From an uncultured Cellvibrionales bacterium (GTDB lineage: Bacteria > Pseudomonadota > Gammaproteobacteria > Pseudomonadales > JAHEGP01): 29,537 nucleotides of DNA. The translations under genes were made by a program, and so were the position numbers. Location: contig CBDUUA010000001.1 of the NCBI GenBank assembly GCA_965370135.1, positions 1 through 29,537 of the forward strand, read 5' to 3'. A model generated the notes under the pieces. The model was not told where the DNA came from, searched no databases, and saw nothing but the letters and a program-made list of their open reading frames with translations. Below, one piece after another: positions 7,391 through 16,942 of this stretch (positions are counted from its first letter, which is position 1; every line of letters starts with the position of its first letter).

Positions 7391-7514
7391 TATTGATCCA
7401 AAGTAAAACGGTACGGTGGGGAATGCGCAGTGCGAACCTTACATAACTGTAGCAATATCACTTTTCGATTTCATTTAATTTTACTGGAAACAATTACGTC
7501 ACGAGGAACTCCCA

Positions 7515-7880
7515 ATGATACTTATTCGCTTTATGTTGATGGCTTTGTTTTTTTCGAGCTTGCCGGTACACGCAGTTGTCGCTACTGATGACACCGTTAT
7601 CTGGATTGATGTGCGTTCAGTCGAGGAATACGATGCCGGTCATATAGAGGGCCACCCCAATATCCCGCATGAGCAGATTGGCCAGTCTATTAGTGAGATA
7701 ACAACGGATAAATCCGCGCCAATTCGAGTGTACTGTCGCTCGGGACGGCGCTCCGGGCTGGCGCAGCAGACATTGCAGGCTATGGGTTATACCAATGTCG
7801 TCAATATGGGTGGCTATGAAGCGGTAGCGGCAGAGCTTGAGGCTGAAGCCCCAGCTGAAACAGAAGCGCTAGCTCAATAG
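7515..7880 (+). CDS. pspE: Exported single-domain rhodanese (PspE-like sulfurtransferase)
   Basis: Signal-peptide-like N-terminus ending in VHA, 'WIDVRSVEEYDAGHIEG', active loop CRSGRRS and 'NMGG'. RBS GAGGA upstream. Confidence 0.85.
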   Translation: MILIRFMLMALFFSSLPVHAVVATDDTVIWIDVRSVEEYDAGHIEGHPNIPHEQIGQSISEITTDKSAPIRVYCRSGRRSGLAQQTLQAMGYTNVVNMGGYEAVAAELEAEAPAETEALAQ

Positions 7881-7910
7881 TGAACCTGTTGACACTATAA
7901 ACCGGGCAGA

Positions 7911-8693
7911 TCAGGCCTTACCAAGGCAGCGCTGGTAGGCTTTTACGGTCTCACGCAAGCCGCGCTCGATACAATCGACGGTAAAGGCATGGCCGATGCT
8001 GACCTCGAGTAAATTGGGGATTGCCTCGGCAAAGGGGCTCAGGTTGTGCAGGTTGAGGTCGTGGCCGGCATTGACACCCAGACCCACATCGCGCGCAATC
8101 ATGGCTGCCCCGCGAAAGCGCGCCAATGCCTGCTGCCATCCCTTGCCCTGGTCACAAGCCTCGGCATAAGGCCCGGTATACAGTTCGATGCGATCCGCAC
8201 CCAGTTGCCCTGCCAGTCGTATGTGCTTTTCTACGGGATCCATAAACAGGCTCACGCGAATGCCGCTGGCTTGCAGGCGCTCAATAAGGGGCGCCAGCCG
8301 CTCGCCATCGAGTTCCAGGTCGAAGCCATGATCCGAGGTGAGTTGGGTATTGCCGTCCGGTACCAGGGTGCATTGGGCCGGCTTGATATCCAGCACGATA
8401 TCCATAAATCCGGGGTAGTCGCAAACACCGCTGCGGCTGCTCGCCATGGCCGGGGCAAAGGGGTTGCCTTCGATATTAAATTCCACCGTGAGCATCGCCG
8501 CCAGTTCGAAGCAATCCTGCACCCTGATATGGCGTTGATCCGGTCGCGGGTGCACGGTAATGCCATCGGCTCCTGCATCAATGCACTGCTGTGCATGGTG
8601 GGATACCGAGGGGTACTCGGTGTCTCGTGAATTGCGGATAAGGGCAATTTTGTTCAGGTTGATGCTGAGCGCGGTCATGGTGCTGTCGGTCAT
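7911..8693 (-). CDS. pdxJ: Pyridoxine 5'-phosphate synthase
   Basis: 'LSINLNKIALIRNSR', 'GITVHPRPDQRHI', 'EFNIEGNP', 'IELYTGPY', 'VNAGHDLN' and 'EVSIGHA'. ATGA overlap with the upstream PPIase stop. Confidence 0.95.
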   Translation of the reverse strand: MTDSTMTALSINLNKIALIRNSRDTEYPSVSHHAQQCIDAGADGITVHPRPDQRHIRVQDCFELAAMLTVEFNIEGNPFAPAMASSRSGVCDYPGFMDIVLDIKPAQCTLVPDGNTQLTSDHGFDLELDGERLAPLIERLQASGIRVSLFMDPVEKHIRLAGQLGADRIELYTGPYAEACDQGKGWQQALARFRGAAMIARDVGLGVNAGHDLNLHNLSPFAEAIPNLLEVSIGHAFTVDCIERGLRETVKAYQRCLGKA

Positions 8694-9271
8694 GGATTTG
8701 GGGTTTTGCGGTAGGCCTTTTCAATGATGATCGGCTCGACCGGAACATCTTGATGGTCAGCCACTCGACCCGTGGGTTGCAATACCATGGTATCGACCAC
8801 ATTCATGCCGTCGGTTACTTTTCCGAACACGGTATAACCGGGATTGCTTGCCGACCAATCCAGTGACAGGTTCATCTTCAGGTTGATAAAGAACTGGGAG
8901 GTGGCGCTATCGGGGTCGCTGGTGCGGGCCATGGCGATGGTGCCGCGCTCATTGTGCAGGCGATTTTTTGCCTCATTGACAACGGGATCGGAGGTCGCTT
9001 GCTGCTGCATATCCTGGTTGAAGCCGCCGCCTTGCACCATAAAGCGGGGTATTACGCGGTGGAAAATGGTGCCGTCGTAATAGCCACTGTCGACATAGGC
9101 GAGAAAATTGCTAACGGTGTGGGGTGCGCTGTCGGGATAGAGCTCGAGGGTGACATCCCCCAGATTGGTTTCCAGTACTACCACCGGGTTTGCCGCTTGT
9201 GTCGCTGCGGCGCAAAGTGCCAGTAACAGGCTTGTGGTGAGTGCCGTCACCAGGGTTCTAAAAGTTTTCAT
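8690..9271 (-). CDS. ppiA: Periplasmic cyclophilin-type peptidyl-prolyl cis-trans isomerase
   Basis: Signal peptide, 'YDGTIFHRVIPRFMVQGGG', 'GTIAMART..PDSATSQFFIN' and 'GYTVFGKV'. Confidence 0.93.
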   Translation of the reverse strand: MKTFRTLVTALTTSLLLALCAAATQAANPVVVLETNLGDVTLELYPDSAPHTVSNFLAYVDSGYYDGTIFHRVIPRFMVQGGGFNQDMQQQATSDPVVNEAKNRLHNERGTIAMARTSDPDSATSQFFINLKMNLSLDWSASNPGYTVFGKVTDGMNVVDTMVLQPTGRVADHQDVPVEPIIIEKAYRKTPNP

Positions 9272-9272
9272 C

Positions 9273-9944
9273 TTATTGCCACTCTGTATTTTTGCGTTTG
9301 GGGGCTATGCGAGGAATGACCAGGGCCAGCAGTACGCCGAAGCCCACGGCGAAAACGCCGTTGACGAACCACTCGCGGCTCGATCCGTCTTTCAGTCGAT
9401 CATTTTCTCCTCTGAGCACGTCGATCTCGTGTTGCAGTAGCTGATTGGATTCCATCAGGTTTTTATTGTTGCGATCAAGACTGACGGCGTTGGCTGATAC
9501 TTCCGTGATATGGGTCAATTCCGATTCAAATTGATTTTTACCGCTAAGCGCCTCATCCAGTTGGCGACTCAGCAAGGCGTTCTGTCCCTGCATATCGGCA
9601 AGTTGTGCCTGGATTGGCTGGCTGTCACTGGTCAGCTTGGCGATTAACGCCTTTGCCTCGGACAGTTGTTCCCGCGCCGAGGGCTCAGTCATCAGATAAC
9701 TGTTGTTGACCCAGCCGCGGGTGCCCTCGGCTATCCTGATATGGGTAAAGCCGGCTTTTTTATCCACTCTGAGCACCGTCACCTTGGTGCCGGGGTCGAG
9801 CATTTTAATGACCCGGTAGCGATTGCTATTGCCCGAGCGCAGATCCAGCGGCATTTGATCTGAAATCCACTGGGTTTGCGCGGCGACTGCAGGCCAGCTC
9901 AACAGGGACAGCAGCCAGATACCGCATAGTACTAGTTTTTTCAA
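9273..9944 (-). CDS. SH3 domain protein, YgiM/TIGR04211 family
   Basis: Signal peptide, 'WISD....LRSG....YRVI' SH3b, 'GWV', a coiled coil, then a C-terminal TM helix ending 'KRKNTEWQ'. TTG start with GGAG RBS. Confidence 0.88.
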   Translation of the reverse strand: MKKLVLCGIWLLSLLSWPAVAAQTQWISDQMPLDLRSGNSNRYRVIKMLDPGTKVTVLRVDKKAGFTHIRIAEGTRGWVNNSYLMTEPSAREQLSEAKALIAKLTSDSQPIQAQLADMQGQNALLSRQLDEALSGKNQFESELTHITEVSANAVSLDRNNKNLMESNQLLQHEIDVLRGENDRLKDGSSREWFVNGVFAVGFGVLLALVIPRIAPKRKNTEWQ

Positions 9945-10024
9945 AGTGTTACTCCATCAATCAAGATTCTCTTATTAGAGCAAAGTATTGTACATAGTGA
10001 AGAAGAATCAAATAGTTATCGAAA

Positions 10025-10324
10025 CTATGGCAGCACTTTCTTGAAGGGTTTTACCCGCACTGACTGATACACCCCGGCTTCGACATAGGGGTCGCTGTCG
10101 GCCCAGCTTTGGGCCGCATCAAGGCTGTCGAATTCTGCGATGACCAAACTGCCGCTAAAGCCGGCTTCACCGGGATCCTCGCAATCAATAGCGGGATGGG
10201 GGCCTGCCAGTAGCAGGCGGCCATCGATTTTCAGCTGTTGCAGGCGCTCGAGGTGGCGGGGTCGTGCTTTGATACGCCGCTCCAGGCTATTGGCGATGTC
10301 TTCGCTGATTATTGCATAGTACAT
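10025..10324 (-). CDS. yciI: YciI family protein
   Basis: Start at ATG 10324 (MYYAIISED). Motifs 'ARPRHLERL', 'LLLAGPHP', '[11 protein letters not shown]' and 'DPY..AGVY'. Confidence 0.92.
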   Translation of the reverse strand: MYYAIISEDIANSLERRIKARPRHLERLQQLKIDGRLLLAGPHPAIDCEDPGEAGFSGSLVIAEFDSLDAAQSWADSDPYVEAGVYQSVRVKPFKKVLP

Positions 10325-10343
10325 AAGAGGTCTGTTTCCTTGT

Positions 10344-10931
10344 TTAACCCTGGTCGGTGTTCTCTTCCTGAATGTGGGGCGCAAGTACGACCACAGTGAT
10401 GATAGACAGGGCGATGGTGAAGCCGATCGAGCTGTAGAGTTTGTAGCTGACCCAGAAGTCCTGGCTGAAACGGTAGGCAACAAACAGGTTTAAGCTGCCG
10501 ACCACCAAAAAATAGGCAGACCAGAGGTAGTTGAGTCGTGTCCATATCCCATAAGGCACTTCCAGTTGGCTTCCCAGTGTGCGAGCAATCAGATTCTTGT
10601 CGCCGATAAATTGGCTGCCGAGAAATACCAGACCCATGGCCCAGTTGAAGATAGTGGGCTTCCATTGGATGAAAAGCTCATTGCGCAGCACAATGGTTGC
10701 GCCGCCGAATACCAATACCGCAATTAGCAGCCACAGTTGGCGCTTTTCCAGCTTGCCGGTACTCAAGCGGGCAAACACGACCTGGGCGATAGTGGCGAGC
10801 ATCAGTACGGCTGTAGCGGTATAAATGCCGTCAAACTGATACTCAATGGGGCCCAATTGCAGTTGGTAACCATCCATCTTGTAAACTACAAAAAACAGCA
10901 GAATGGGAACCAGTTCGGTGAGTTGTTTCAT
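10344..10931 (-). CDS. yciB: Inner-membrane septation protein A (YciB/IspZ)
   Basis: 'P.LLFF..YK', 'IYTATAVL', '[11 protein letters not shown]' and 'WV.YKL'. Lies next to yciI. Confidence 0.92.
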   Translation of the reverse strand: MKQLTELVPILLFFVVYKMDGYQLQLGPIEYQFDGIYTATAVLMLATIAQVVFARLSTGKLEKRQLWLLIAVLVFGGATIVLRNELFIQWKPTIFNWAMGLVFLGSQFIGDKNLIARTLGSQLEVPYGIWTRLNYLWSAYFLVVGSLNLFVAYRFSQDFWVSYKLYSSIGFTIALSIITVVVLAPHIQEENTDQG

Positions 10932-10970
10932 GGTGCTCTCTTGCGGCGACGGGTGTCAAACCCGCAAGTG

Positions 10971-11006
10971 TACTGTAAATGGACCTGTAAATGGTACTGT
11001 AAATGG
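10971..11006. repeat. 12-nt tandem repeat x3 in the yciB/yciV divergent spacer
   Basis: TACTGTAAATGG ACCTGTAAATGG TACTGTAAATGG. Confidence 0.9.
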
Positions 11007-11220
11007 CTGGTGGTGAAGCGGTTTGCCCGTTTTTCCAGTAAAGAAGCTGGAGCCTGGTGACATCGTTGCGACGAATGCTGGGGCGCGCAAGGCTAAGGCT
11101 TGCGCCGGACGGCCTACTACGCGGATAATTGCGCCACTTGGACCAACGGGCCTCGAGAACGGGGGATTTGATCTCCGGGGCACGGCCCAAAGCGGTTCCC
11201 TGGATGAAGAGAGCGATTGC

Positions 11221-12054
11221 ATGATTGTCGATTTACACTGTCACAGTACGGCGTCCGATGGTGAACATTCACCCCGGGATCTGTATGCTCTTGCGGTCGC
11301 GTCCGGTGTCGAACTACTTGCCCTGACCGATCACGATACTGTCGATGGGGTGTTGGCGCTAGGGGTGGATTCGGATCAATTATCGGTTGCCGGCTGCCGG
11401 CTCGTTACCGGGGTGGAGGTGTCCTCAGTGTGGAGCAAACGCAGTGTGCACATAGTGGGTTTGAATATCGATCCCGGTGCCGCGGTTATGGTGCAGGCCC
11501 TCGCGAGCCAAAGCAAAATTCGCTATCAAAGAGCCCTGCGCATTGGCGAAAAGCTGGCGCGGCAGGGTATCCAGGGTGCCTACCAAGGCGCCCTGGCGCT
11601 GGCTGGCGACACCGCGCCCTGCCGCCCCCATTTTGCCCGGTGGCTGGTGGCTCAGGGAAAATGCAAGGACGGCAAACAGGCCTTTGACCGCTATCTCGGC
11701 AATAGTAAGATGACGGGGATCAACCATGCCTGGCCGTGCATCGAGGAGGTCGTGGCATGGATTGTCGAAGCCGGTGGTGTGGCGGTGCTGGCCCATCCCG
11801 AGGGCTATCGGCTGACGCGCACCAAGTTGCGCATGTTGCTCACCGATTTTGTTGCCGCCGGGGGCCAGGCTATGGAGCTGGCGGCACCGGGCCAGCCGGA
11901 GGCGGTGGCGCAATTGATAACAACGCTGTGCCGGGAATTTGACCTGGGAGCGTCAGTCGGCAGTGATTATCATGGTGGTAGCCAGGGCTGGCGCCGCCTG
12001 GGTAGAACCCGGGCTATTCCGGCAGACTTGACGCCGGTGTGGGAGTTATTTTGA
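11221..12054 (+). CDS. yciV: PHP-domain protein YciV/TrpH (RNase AM-like)
   Basis: Start at ATG 11221 (MIVDLHCHSTASDG). Motifs 'ALTDHDT', 'GVEVS', 'VHIVGL', 'RPHFAR', 'VLAHP' and 'GSDYHG'. Confidence 0.92.
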   Translation: MIVDLHCHSTASDGEHSPRDLYALAVASGVELLALTDHDTVDGVLALGVDSDQLSVAGCRLVTGVEVSSVWSKRSVHIVGLNIDPGAAVMVQALASQSKIRYQRALRIGEKLARQGIQGAYQGALALAGDTAPCRPHFARWLVAQGKCKDGKQAFDRYLGNSKMTGINHAWPCIEEVVAWIVEAGGVAVLAHPEGYRLTRTKLRMLLTDFVAAGGQAMELAAPGQPEAVAQLITTLCREFDLGASVGSDYHGGSQGWRRLGRTRAIPADLTPVWELF

Positions 12055-12142
12055 TGGTGTTTTGCACTCATCCAGGACCATGGCGTGACCACGTTATTGG
12101 CGCTTCCTGCTCGAAATTGTCGCTGACAGGATTCCATGTCTT

Positions 12143-12766
12143 ATGAGCCAGTTTTTCCAAATTCACCCGGATAATCCCCAGCACCGCCTGATAATCCAGG
12201 CGGTAGATATCCTGCGCAAGGGTGGCGTTATTGCCTACCCCACTGATTCGGCCTATGCCCTCGGTTGTCAACTCGGCGATAAATCGGCACTGGAGCGGAT
12301 ACGCTGCATTCGGCAGTTGGACGAAAAGCATCACTTCACCTTGATGTGTAAGGATTTGTCTGAGATAGCCACCTACGCCAGGGTGTCTAACCAGGGCTAT
12401 CGCTCGCTCAAGGCTCACACCCCGGGCCCCTATACGTTTATCCTGACCGCCAGCAAGGAAGTTCCCCGGTGGACTCTCCACAGTAAGCGTCGCTCGGTGG
12501 GCATTCGGATACCGGACAATGTTATCGCACTAGCCTTGCTACAGGAGCTCGATCAGCCACTTATGAGTGTGACCCTGCGATTGCCAGGGGATGAATACCC
12601 GCTGATGGATCCCTGGGAGATTCGTGATTTGTTGCAGGCCCAGGCCGACCTCGTTATTGATGGCGGCTACTGCGGAATTGAAGCGACCACGGTGGTGGAT
12701 TTGCTCGAGGATCAGCCCCGGGTGATTCGGGAGGGCAAGGGCAGTATCGAAGATTTTGTGGCATGA
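12143..12766 (+). CDS. yciO: YciO, Sua5/YciO/YrdC family protein
   Basis: 'MSQFFQIHPDNPQ', 'AYPTDSAYALGC', 'TPGPYTFIL' and 'LVIDGG'. Confidence 0.93.
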   Translation: MSQFFQIHPDNPQHRLIIQAVDILRKGGVIAYPTDSAYALGCQLGDKSALERIRCIRQLDEKHHFTLMCKDLSEIATYARVSNQGYRSLKAHTPGPYTFILTASKEVPRWTLHSKRRSVGIRIPDNVIALALLQELDQPLMSVTLRLPGDEYPLMDPWEIRDLLQAQADLVIDGGYCGIEATTVVDLLEDQPRVIREGKGSIEDFVA

Positions 12767-12791
12767 TGGCTATTTACACACAAGATGTGGT

Positions 12792-12797
12792 TATAAT
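12792..12797 (+). promoter_or_regulatory. Candidate sigma70 -10 box upstream of scpA
   Basis: Perfect TATAAT followed by GC-rich GCCGCCG. No convincing -35 at canonical spacing. Confidence 0.4.
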
Positions 12798-12904
12798 GCC
12801 GCCGAATAGATTAAGAGGCGGCTCTGAAAAATGCACGCCGGACGGCATTTTCTGCACTACTATTCAACACTACCCCTATAGCGTAATCGATTGAATCCCA
12901 CACC

Positions 12905-13837
12905 ATGACTGTAACAACGGCTGATAGCAAGCACGAGGCCAATGTGGCGTCTTTCCCTGAATCGCAGTTCGTCGCCACTGAGGCCTGCGCTGATGATGAT
13001 GATCTCAAGCTGTTGTCTCGATTGGCGAGTGCTCGACAAGCTATGGGCGCGCAGCAACAGGAGATGCCTTTTGCCATTGTCAAAGGTGAGGCGATTACCG
13101 AACTTCCCAAAGACCTCTATATCCCGCCAGCGGCCCTGGAGGTGTTTATTGCCGCCTTCGAGGGACCGCTGGACCTGCTGCTATACCTGATAAAACGCCA
13201 GAATATCGACATTCTGGAGGTCAACGTGGCCGAAATCACGCTGCAGTATATTTCCTACATCGAGTTGATGGACTCCATGCGCTTTGAACTGGCGGCGGAG
13301 TATTTGGTGATGGCGGCAATGCTGGCGGAAATCAAGTCCCGTATGTTGTTGCCCCGCACCGGTTTGGAAAACGGCGAGGATGAAGAGGACCCGCGGGCCG
13401 AGTTGATTCGCCGGTTGCAGGAGTACGAGCGTTTTAAAATGGCCGCCGAGGATATTGACCAGCTGCCACGCATCGAGCGAGAGCTGTTCCCGGCCAGTGC
13501 CGACCTTCCCGAAAAGGGAATACCCGCGCCGGAGCCGGATGTAGAGTTGCAAGACATCCTGTTGGCGCTGGGGGAAGTCATGCACCGGGCGGAGATGTTT
13601 ACCAGCCATCAAGTGGAGCGCGAGCAGTTATCTACCAGGGAGCGGATGTCTTCGGTGCTCAGTGCCTTGAGCGGCAAACAGTTCGTGCCGTTTGTGTCAC
13701 TGTTTCGCGTTGAAGAGGGCCGGCTCGGCGTGGTGGTGACGTTCCTGGCAATTATGGAGCTGATCAAGGAATCGCTGGTGGAAATTGTACAGACCGAGGC
13801 TTTTGGGCCTATTCACCTAAAAGCAAAAGTGACATGA
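12905..13837 (+). CDS. scpA: Segregation and condensation protein A (start uncertain)
   Basis: 'QQEMPFA', 'DLYIPP', 'FEGPLDLLLYLI', 'AAEYLVMAAMLAEIKSRMLLP' and 'VVVTFLAIMELIKE'. Confidence 0.93.
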   Translation: MTVTTADSKHEANVASFPESQFVATEACADDDDLKLLSRLASARQAMGAQQQEMPFAIVKGEAITELPKDLYIPPAALEVFIAAFEGPLDLLLYLIKRQNIDILEVNVAEITLQYISYIELMDSMRFELAAEYLVMAAMLAEIKSRMLLPRTGLENGEDEEDPRAELIRRLQEYERFKMAAEDIDQLPRIERELFPASADLPEKGIPAPEPDVELQDILLALGEVMHRAEMFTSHQVEREQLSTRERMSSVLSALSGKQFVPFVSLFRVEEGRLGVVVTFLAIMELIKESLVEIVQTEAFGPIHLKAKVT

Positions 13838-14640
13838 CATTCGACCCTGAAAAGCTCAAGAAAATAGTGGAAGGCGCCCTGTTGGCGGCGGGTAAACCCC
13901 TCACGCTGCAGCGTTTGGGGGACTTGTTCGAGGAGACTGAACCCCGGCCCGGTCGCGAGGAAATCAAGGCGGCGCTGGAAGATATAGCCAGTGAGTTAAA
14001 ACCCCGCGGCTTTGAGCTTGTGGAAGTGGCGAGCGGTTATCGTCTGCAGGTCAAAGAGGAGCTGGCGCCCTGGGTCAGTCGCCTGTGGGAGGAAAAGCCG
14101 CAACGCTATTCCCGGGCGCTACTGGAGACCTTGGCGCTGGTGGCTTATCGCCAGCCTATTACTCGCGGTGAGATCGAGGAGGTTCGCGGTGTCGCGGTGA
14201 GCACCAATATTGTCAGGACGTTGCTGGAGCGAGATTGGGTGCGCGTGGTTGGGCACCGGGAAGTGCCTGGCAAGCCGGCGATGTATGCGACTACCAAGAT
14301 CTTTCTCGACTACTTCAACCTGAAAAGCCTGGAAGAACTGCCCAGCCTGGCGGAAATTCGCGACCTGGATAATATCAACCCGGAGTTGGATTTTTCTGAC
14401 CCGGCGCCAGGGGCGAGCATTTTAGGCCTGGATCAAGTACCGAGTGAACCGCAGAGCGTGGACCCGGTAGAGGCTGGTTCTGAGGCGAAAAATGCGGCAG
14501 AAAAAGAGCCAGAAAAAGAGATAGAAAAAGAGACAGAAAAGAAATCTGAAGTGGTAGCGGCGGCTGCCAGGGACATGGCAGCCGACGACACAAACAAGCG
14601 CCCGCTGCCCTCGAATGTGTTCGAGTTACCGATCACATGA
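13834..14640 (+). CDS. scpB: Segregation and condensation protein B
   Basis: 'IVEGALLAAGKPL', 'YSRALLETLALVAYRQPITRGEIEEVRGV' and 'FLDYFNLKSLEELPSL'. ATGA overlap with scpA. Confidence 0.95.
   Translation: MTFDPEKLKKIVEGALLAAGKPLTLQRLGDLFEETEPRPGREEIKAALEDIASELKPRGFELVEVASGYRLQVKEELAPWVSRLWEEKPQRYSRALLETLALVAYRQPITRGEIEEVRGVAVSTNIVRTLLERDWVRVVGHREVPGKPAMYATTKIFLDYFNLKSLEELPSLAEIRDLDNINPELDFSDPAPGASILGLDQVPSEPQSVDPVEAGSEAKNAAEKEPEKEIEKETEKKSEVVAAAARDMAADDTNKRPLPSNVFELPIT
14497..14544 (+). repeat. In-frame 12-nt tandem repeat x4 in the scpB tail
   Basis: GCAGAAAAAGAG CCAGAAAAAGAG ATAGAAAAAGAG ACAGAAAAGAAA, encoding AEKE PEKE IEKE TEKK. Confidence 0.85.
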
Positions 14641-15491
14641 GTAAGCCGCAATTGGAGGACGAAAAGCTTCAAAAAGTGCTCGCTGCCCAGGGCCTGGGTT
14701 CACGTCGTGAAATGGAGCGCTGGATTGAGTCCGGCCGGATTAAAGTGAATGGCCGTCGGGCCACCATCGGCGACCGGGTCAGCTCAAAAGACAAAATCAT
14801 GGTCGACGGCAAAGCGCTGAACGTCAAGCGTGCCGCTGAACGTCGTCGCCGGGTGCTGGCCTATAACAAGCCCGAAGGTGAAGTCGCGACCCGCAGCGAC
14901 CCCGAGGGCCGCCCGACGGTATTCGATCACTTGCCTCGCTTACAGGGAGAGCGCTGGATCGCGGTAGGGCGCCTCGATCTCAATACCAGCGGCCTGTTGC
15001 TATTTACCAACGATGGTGACCTGGCCAATCGATTGATGCACCCTTCCGCCGAAATTGAGCGCGAATACGCTTGCCGTATTCTGGGGGTGGTGGACGACGC
15101 CATGCTGAAGCGGCTTCAGGAAGGCGTGCTGCTGGACGATGGCATCGGGCGGTTTGCCCAAATTCGGGTGCAGGGCGGGCGCGGTGCCAACCGCTGGTTT
15201 AGCGTCACCCTTCGCGAGGGGCGCAACCGCGAGGTGCGTCGCCTATGGGAATCCCAGCAGGTGACGGTCAGCCGGCTCAAGCGGGTTCGCTATGGCAATG
15301 TCGGTATCCCCAGCCTGCTGCGAACCGGGGATTGGCTGGAGCTGGCTAAGGCCGATGTCGATGCCCTGTGTCGCCAGGTCGATATTAAACCGCAGCGGGA
15401 GAAGCCGCTGACCGTCCAGGAGCGCCAGGACTATCGGCGCCAGCTCGAAAAGCTGAAGCAGCGCGGGCCGGGTGGACGGCGCTCGCGCTAG
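14637..15491 (+). CDS. rluB: 23S rRNA pseudouridine synthase B
   Basis: S4 domain 'EKLQKVLA..GLGSRRE', 'YNKPEGE', catalytic 'GRLDLNTSGLLL' and 'EGRNREVRRLWESQ'. Follows scpAB. Confidence 0.93.
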   Translation: MSKPQLEDEKLQKVLAAQGLGSRREMERWIESGRIKVNGRRATIGDRVSSKDKIMVDGKALNVKRAAERRRRVLAYNKPEGEVATRSDPEGRPTVFDHLPRLQGERWIAVGRLDLNTSGLLLFTNDGDLANRLMHPSAEIEREYACRILGVVDDAMLKRLQEGVLLDDGIGRFAQIRVQGGRGANRWFSVTLREGRNREVRRLWESQQVTVSRLKRVRYGNVGIPSLLRTGDWLELAKADVDALCRQVDIKPQREKPLTVQERQDYRRQLEKLKQRGPGGRRSR

Positions 15492-15506
15492 GGCTGCAAT
15501 TCTGCC

Positions 15507-16259
15507 TCAGGTCTCCTGCGCATTCAGTGCCTGGCCGTGCACGCCGCGACTGTCCGGCCCCATCAAATAGAGATAAGCCGGCATTAACTGGCCTGGTTCA
15601 GGGTTGGTGGCCGGGTCCTCGGCCGGATAGGCTTGCCGTCGCATGGCGGTATCGGTGGCGCCGGGATTGAGGCTGTTCACGCGAATATTGGAGGTCGCTT
15701 CAAGCTCATCTGCCAGCACCTGCATCAAGCCCTCGATGCCAAATTTTGATACCGCATAAGGCCCCCAGTACGCCCGACCATGGCGACCGACTGCAGAGCT
15801 GGTAAATATAATTGAGGCATCGTTGGCGGCAGATAATAACGGCAGCAGGCACTTGCTCAGCATAAAAGGCGCGTTGAGGTTGACTTGCATGACATCCGTC
15901 CATTTCTCCGGATCGACGGATTCGATCGGGGTGCGTGGCCCCAGTATGGCCGCATTGTGCAGCAGGCCGTCGAGGCGCCCGAACTCTTCGTCGAGGCGCA
16001 TGGCCATATCCTCGTAATCCTTGTAGACGGCGCCGTTAAAATGAATCGGGTAAATGGCGGGTTGGGGGCCGCCGGTATTGACAATCTGGTCGTAGACCGA
16101 CTCCAGTTTCGTCGTTGTTTTGCCGGCCAATACCACGGTGGCGCCATGGCTGGCAAAGCTCAGGGACGCCGCTTTGCCGATGCCGTCCCCGGCGCCGGTG
16201 ACCAGGATAATGCGACCGTCCAGCAGGTTTTTTGGTGGGCTGTAGTCCAGTAGTGTCAT
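15507..16259 (-). CDS. yciK: YciK-family short-chain dehydrogenase/reductase
   Basis: 'ILVTGAGDGIG', 'LDGLLHNA', 'YAVSK' and 'NPGATDTAMR..AYP.E'. Confidence 0.92.
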   Translation of the reverse strand: MTLLDYSPPKNLLDGRIILVTGAGDGIGKAASLSFASHGATVVLAGKTTTKLESVYDQIVNTGGPQPAIYPIHFNGAVYKDYEDMAMRLDEEFGRLDGLLHNAAILGPRTPIESVDPEKWTDVMQVNLNAPFMLSKCLLPLLSAANDASIIFTSSAVGRHGRAYWGPYAVSKFGIEGLMQVLADELEATSNIRVNSLNPGATDTAMRRQAYPAEDPATNPEPGQLMPAYLYLMGPDSRGVHGQALNAQET

Positions 16260-16942
16260 AACAGAAGTCCCAATCTTTCTCGAATAAAAAACTGTAGTTC
16301 ATTCACGTTGTTCGCCACGCGATCGGCGCCCCATTGATGGGGTGGATCTGCAGCCGTGACATAACCGTAGGCCGCGGCAATGGTGGCCATGCCGGCATTG
16401 ATGCCGGCTTCGATATCGCGACGGTGATCACCCACGTAGATGGCATCGACAGGCTCACAGCCCACTTCCGCGCAAGCCAGGTAGATTGACTCCGGATGGG
16501 GTTTTCGATGTGTCACCTGGTCCGGGCAGATAGTGGTGGCGCAGCGCTGATCCAGCTCAAGGTCTTGCAAGATGGCACTGGTGTAAAGCGCCGGTTTGTT
16601 GGTGACGATGCCCCAGGGTATGCGTCGCTCCTCGATGAATTGCAGTAGTTCGGCCATGCCCTCGAACAGCTTGGTGCGCTCACTCAGGTGCGTCTGGTAT
16701 TGGTTCAGCAATTCATTGAGCAGATCCTCGAAGCCGGCATCACCTTCGCTGCTGCCAAACCCCAGTTGCACCAGGGCTCTGGCGCCATGGGATACGGTTT
16801 GGCGAATAGCGGGGTAGGGCACCGGTGCGCGATCGTGTCGCTGTAGCATGGAGTTGAGCACGGTGGCGAAATCTGGCGCGGTATCCAGCAATGTGCCGTC
16901 GAGGTCGAACAGCACCGCTTTGAGCTCGGGTGTCCTGTTCAT
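16256..16942 (-). CDS. gph: HAD-IA phosphatase, phosphoglycolate phosphatase-like (Gph/MupP)
   Basis: Start at ATG 16942 (ATGA overlap with the upstream stop). Motifs 'LFDLDGTLLD', 'IVTNKP', 'KPHP' and 'YVGDH.RDIEAG'. Confidence 0.88.
   Translation of the reverse strand: MNRTPELKAVLFDLDGTLLDTAPDFATVLNSMLQRHDRAPVPYPAIRQTVSHGARALVQLGFGSSEGDAGFEDLLNELLNQYQTHLSERTKLFEGMAELLQFIEERRIPWGIVTNKPALYTSAILQDLELDQRCATTICPDQVTHRKPHPESIYLACAEVGCEPVDAIYVGDHRRDIEAGINAGMATIAAAYGYVTAADPPHQWGADRVANNVNELQFFIRERLGLLL

Noticed and set aside
11023-11220. N-terminal extension of the PHP gene; likewise the extensions of yciI (to 10483), gph (to 17056), rpsA (from 26581) and lapA (from 28978)
   Set aside because: Family homology begins at the downstream ATG in each case, and the extensions overlap other genes or repeat DNA.
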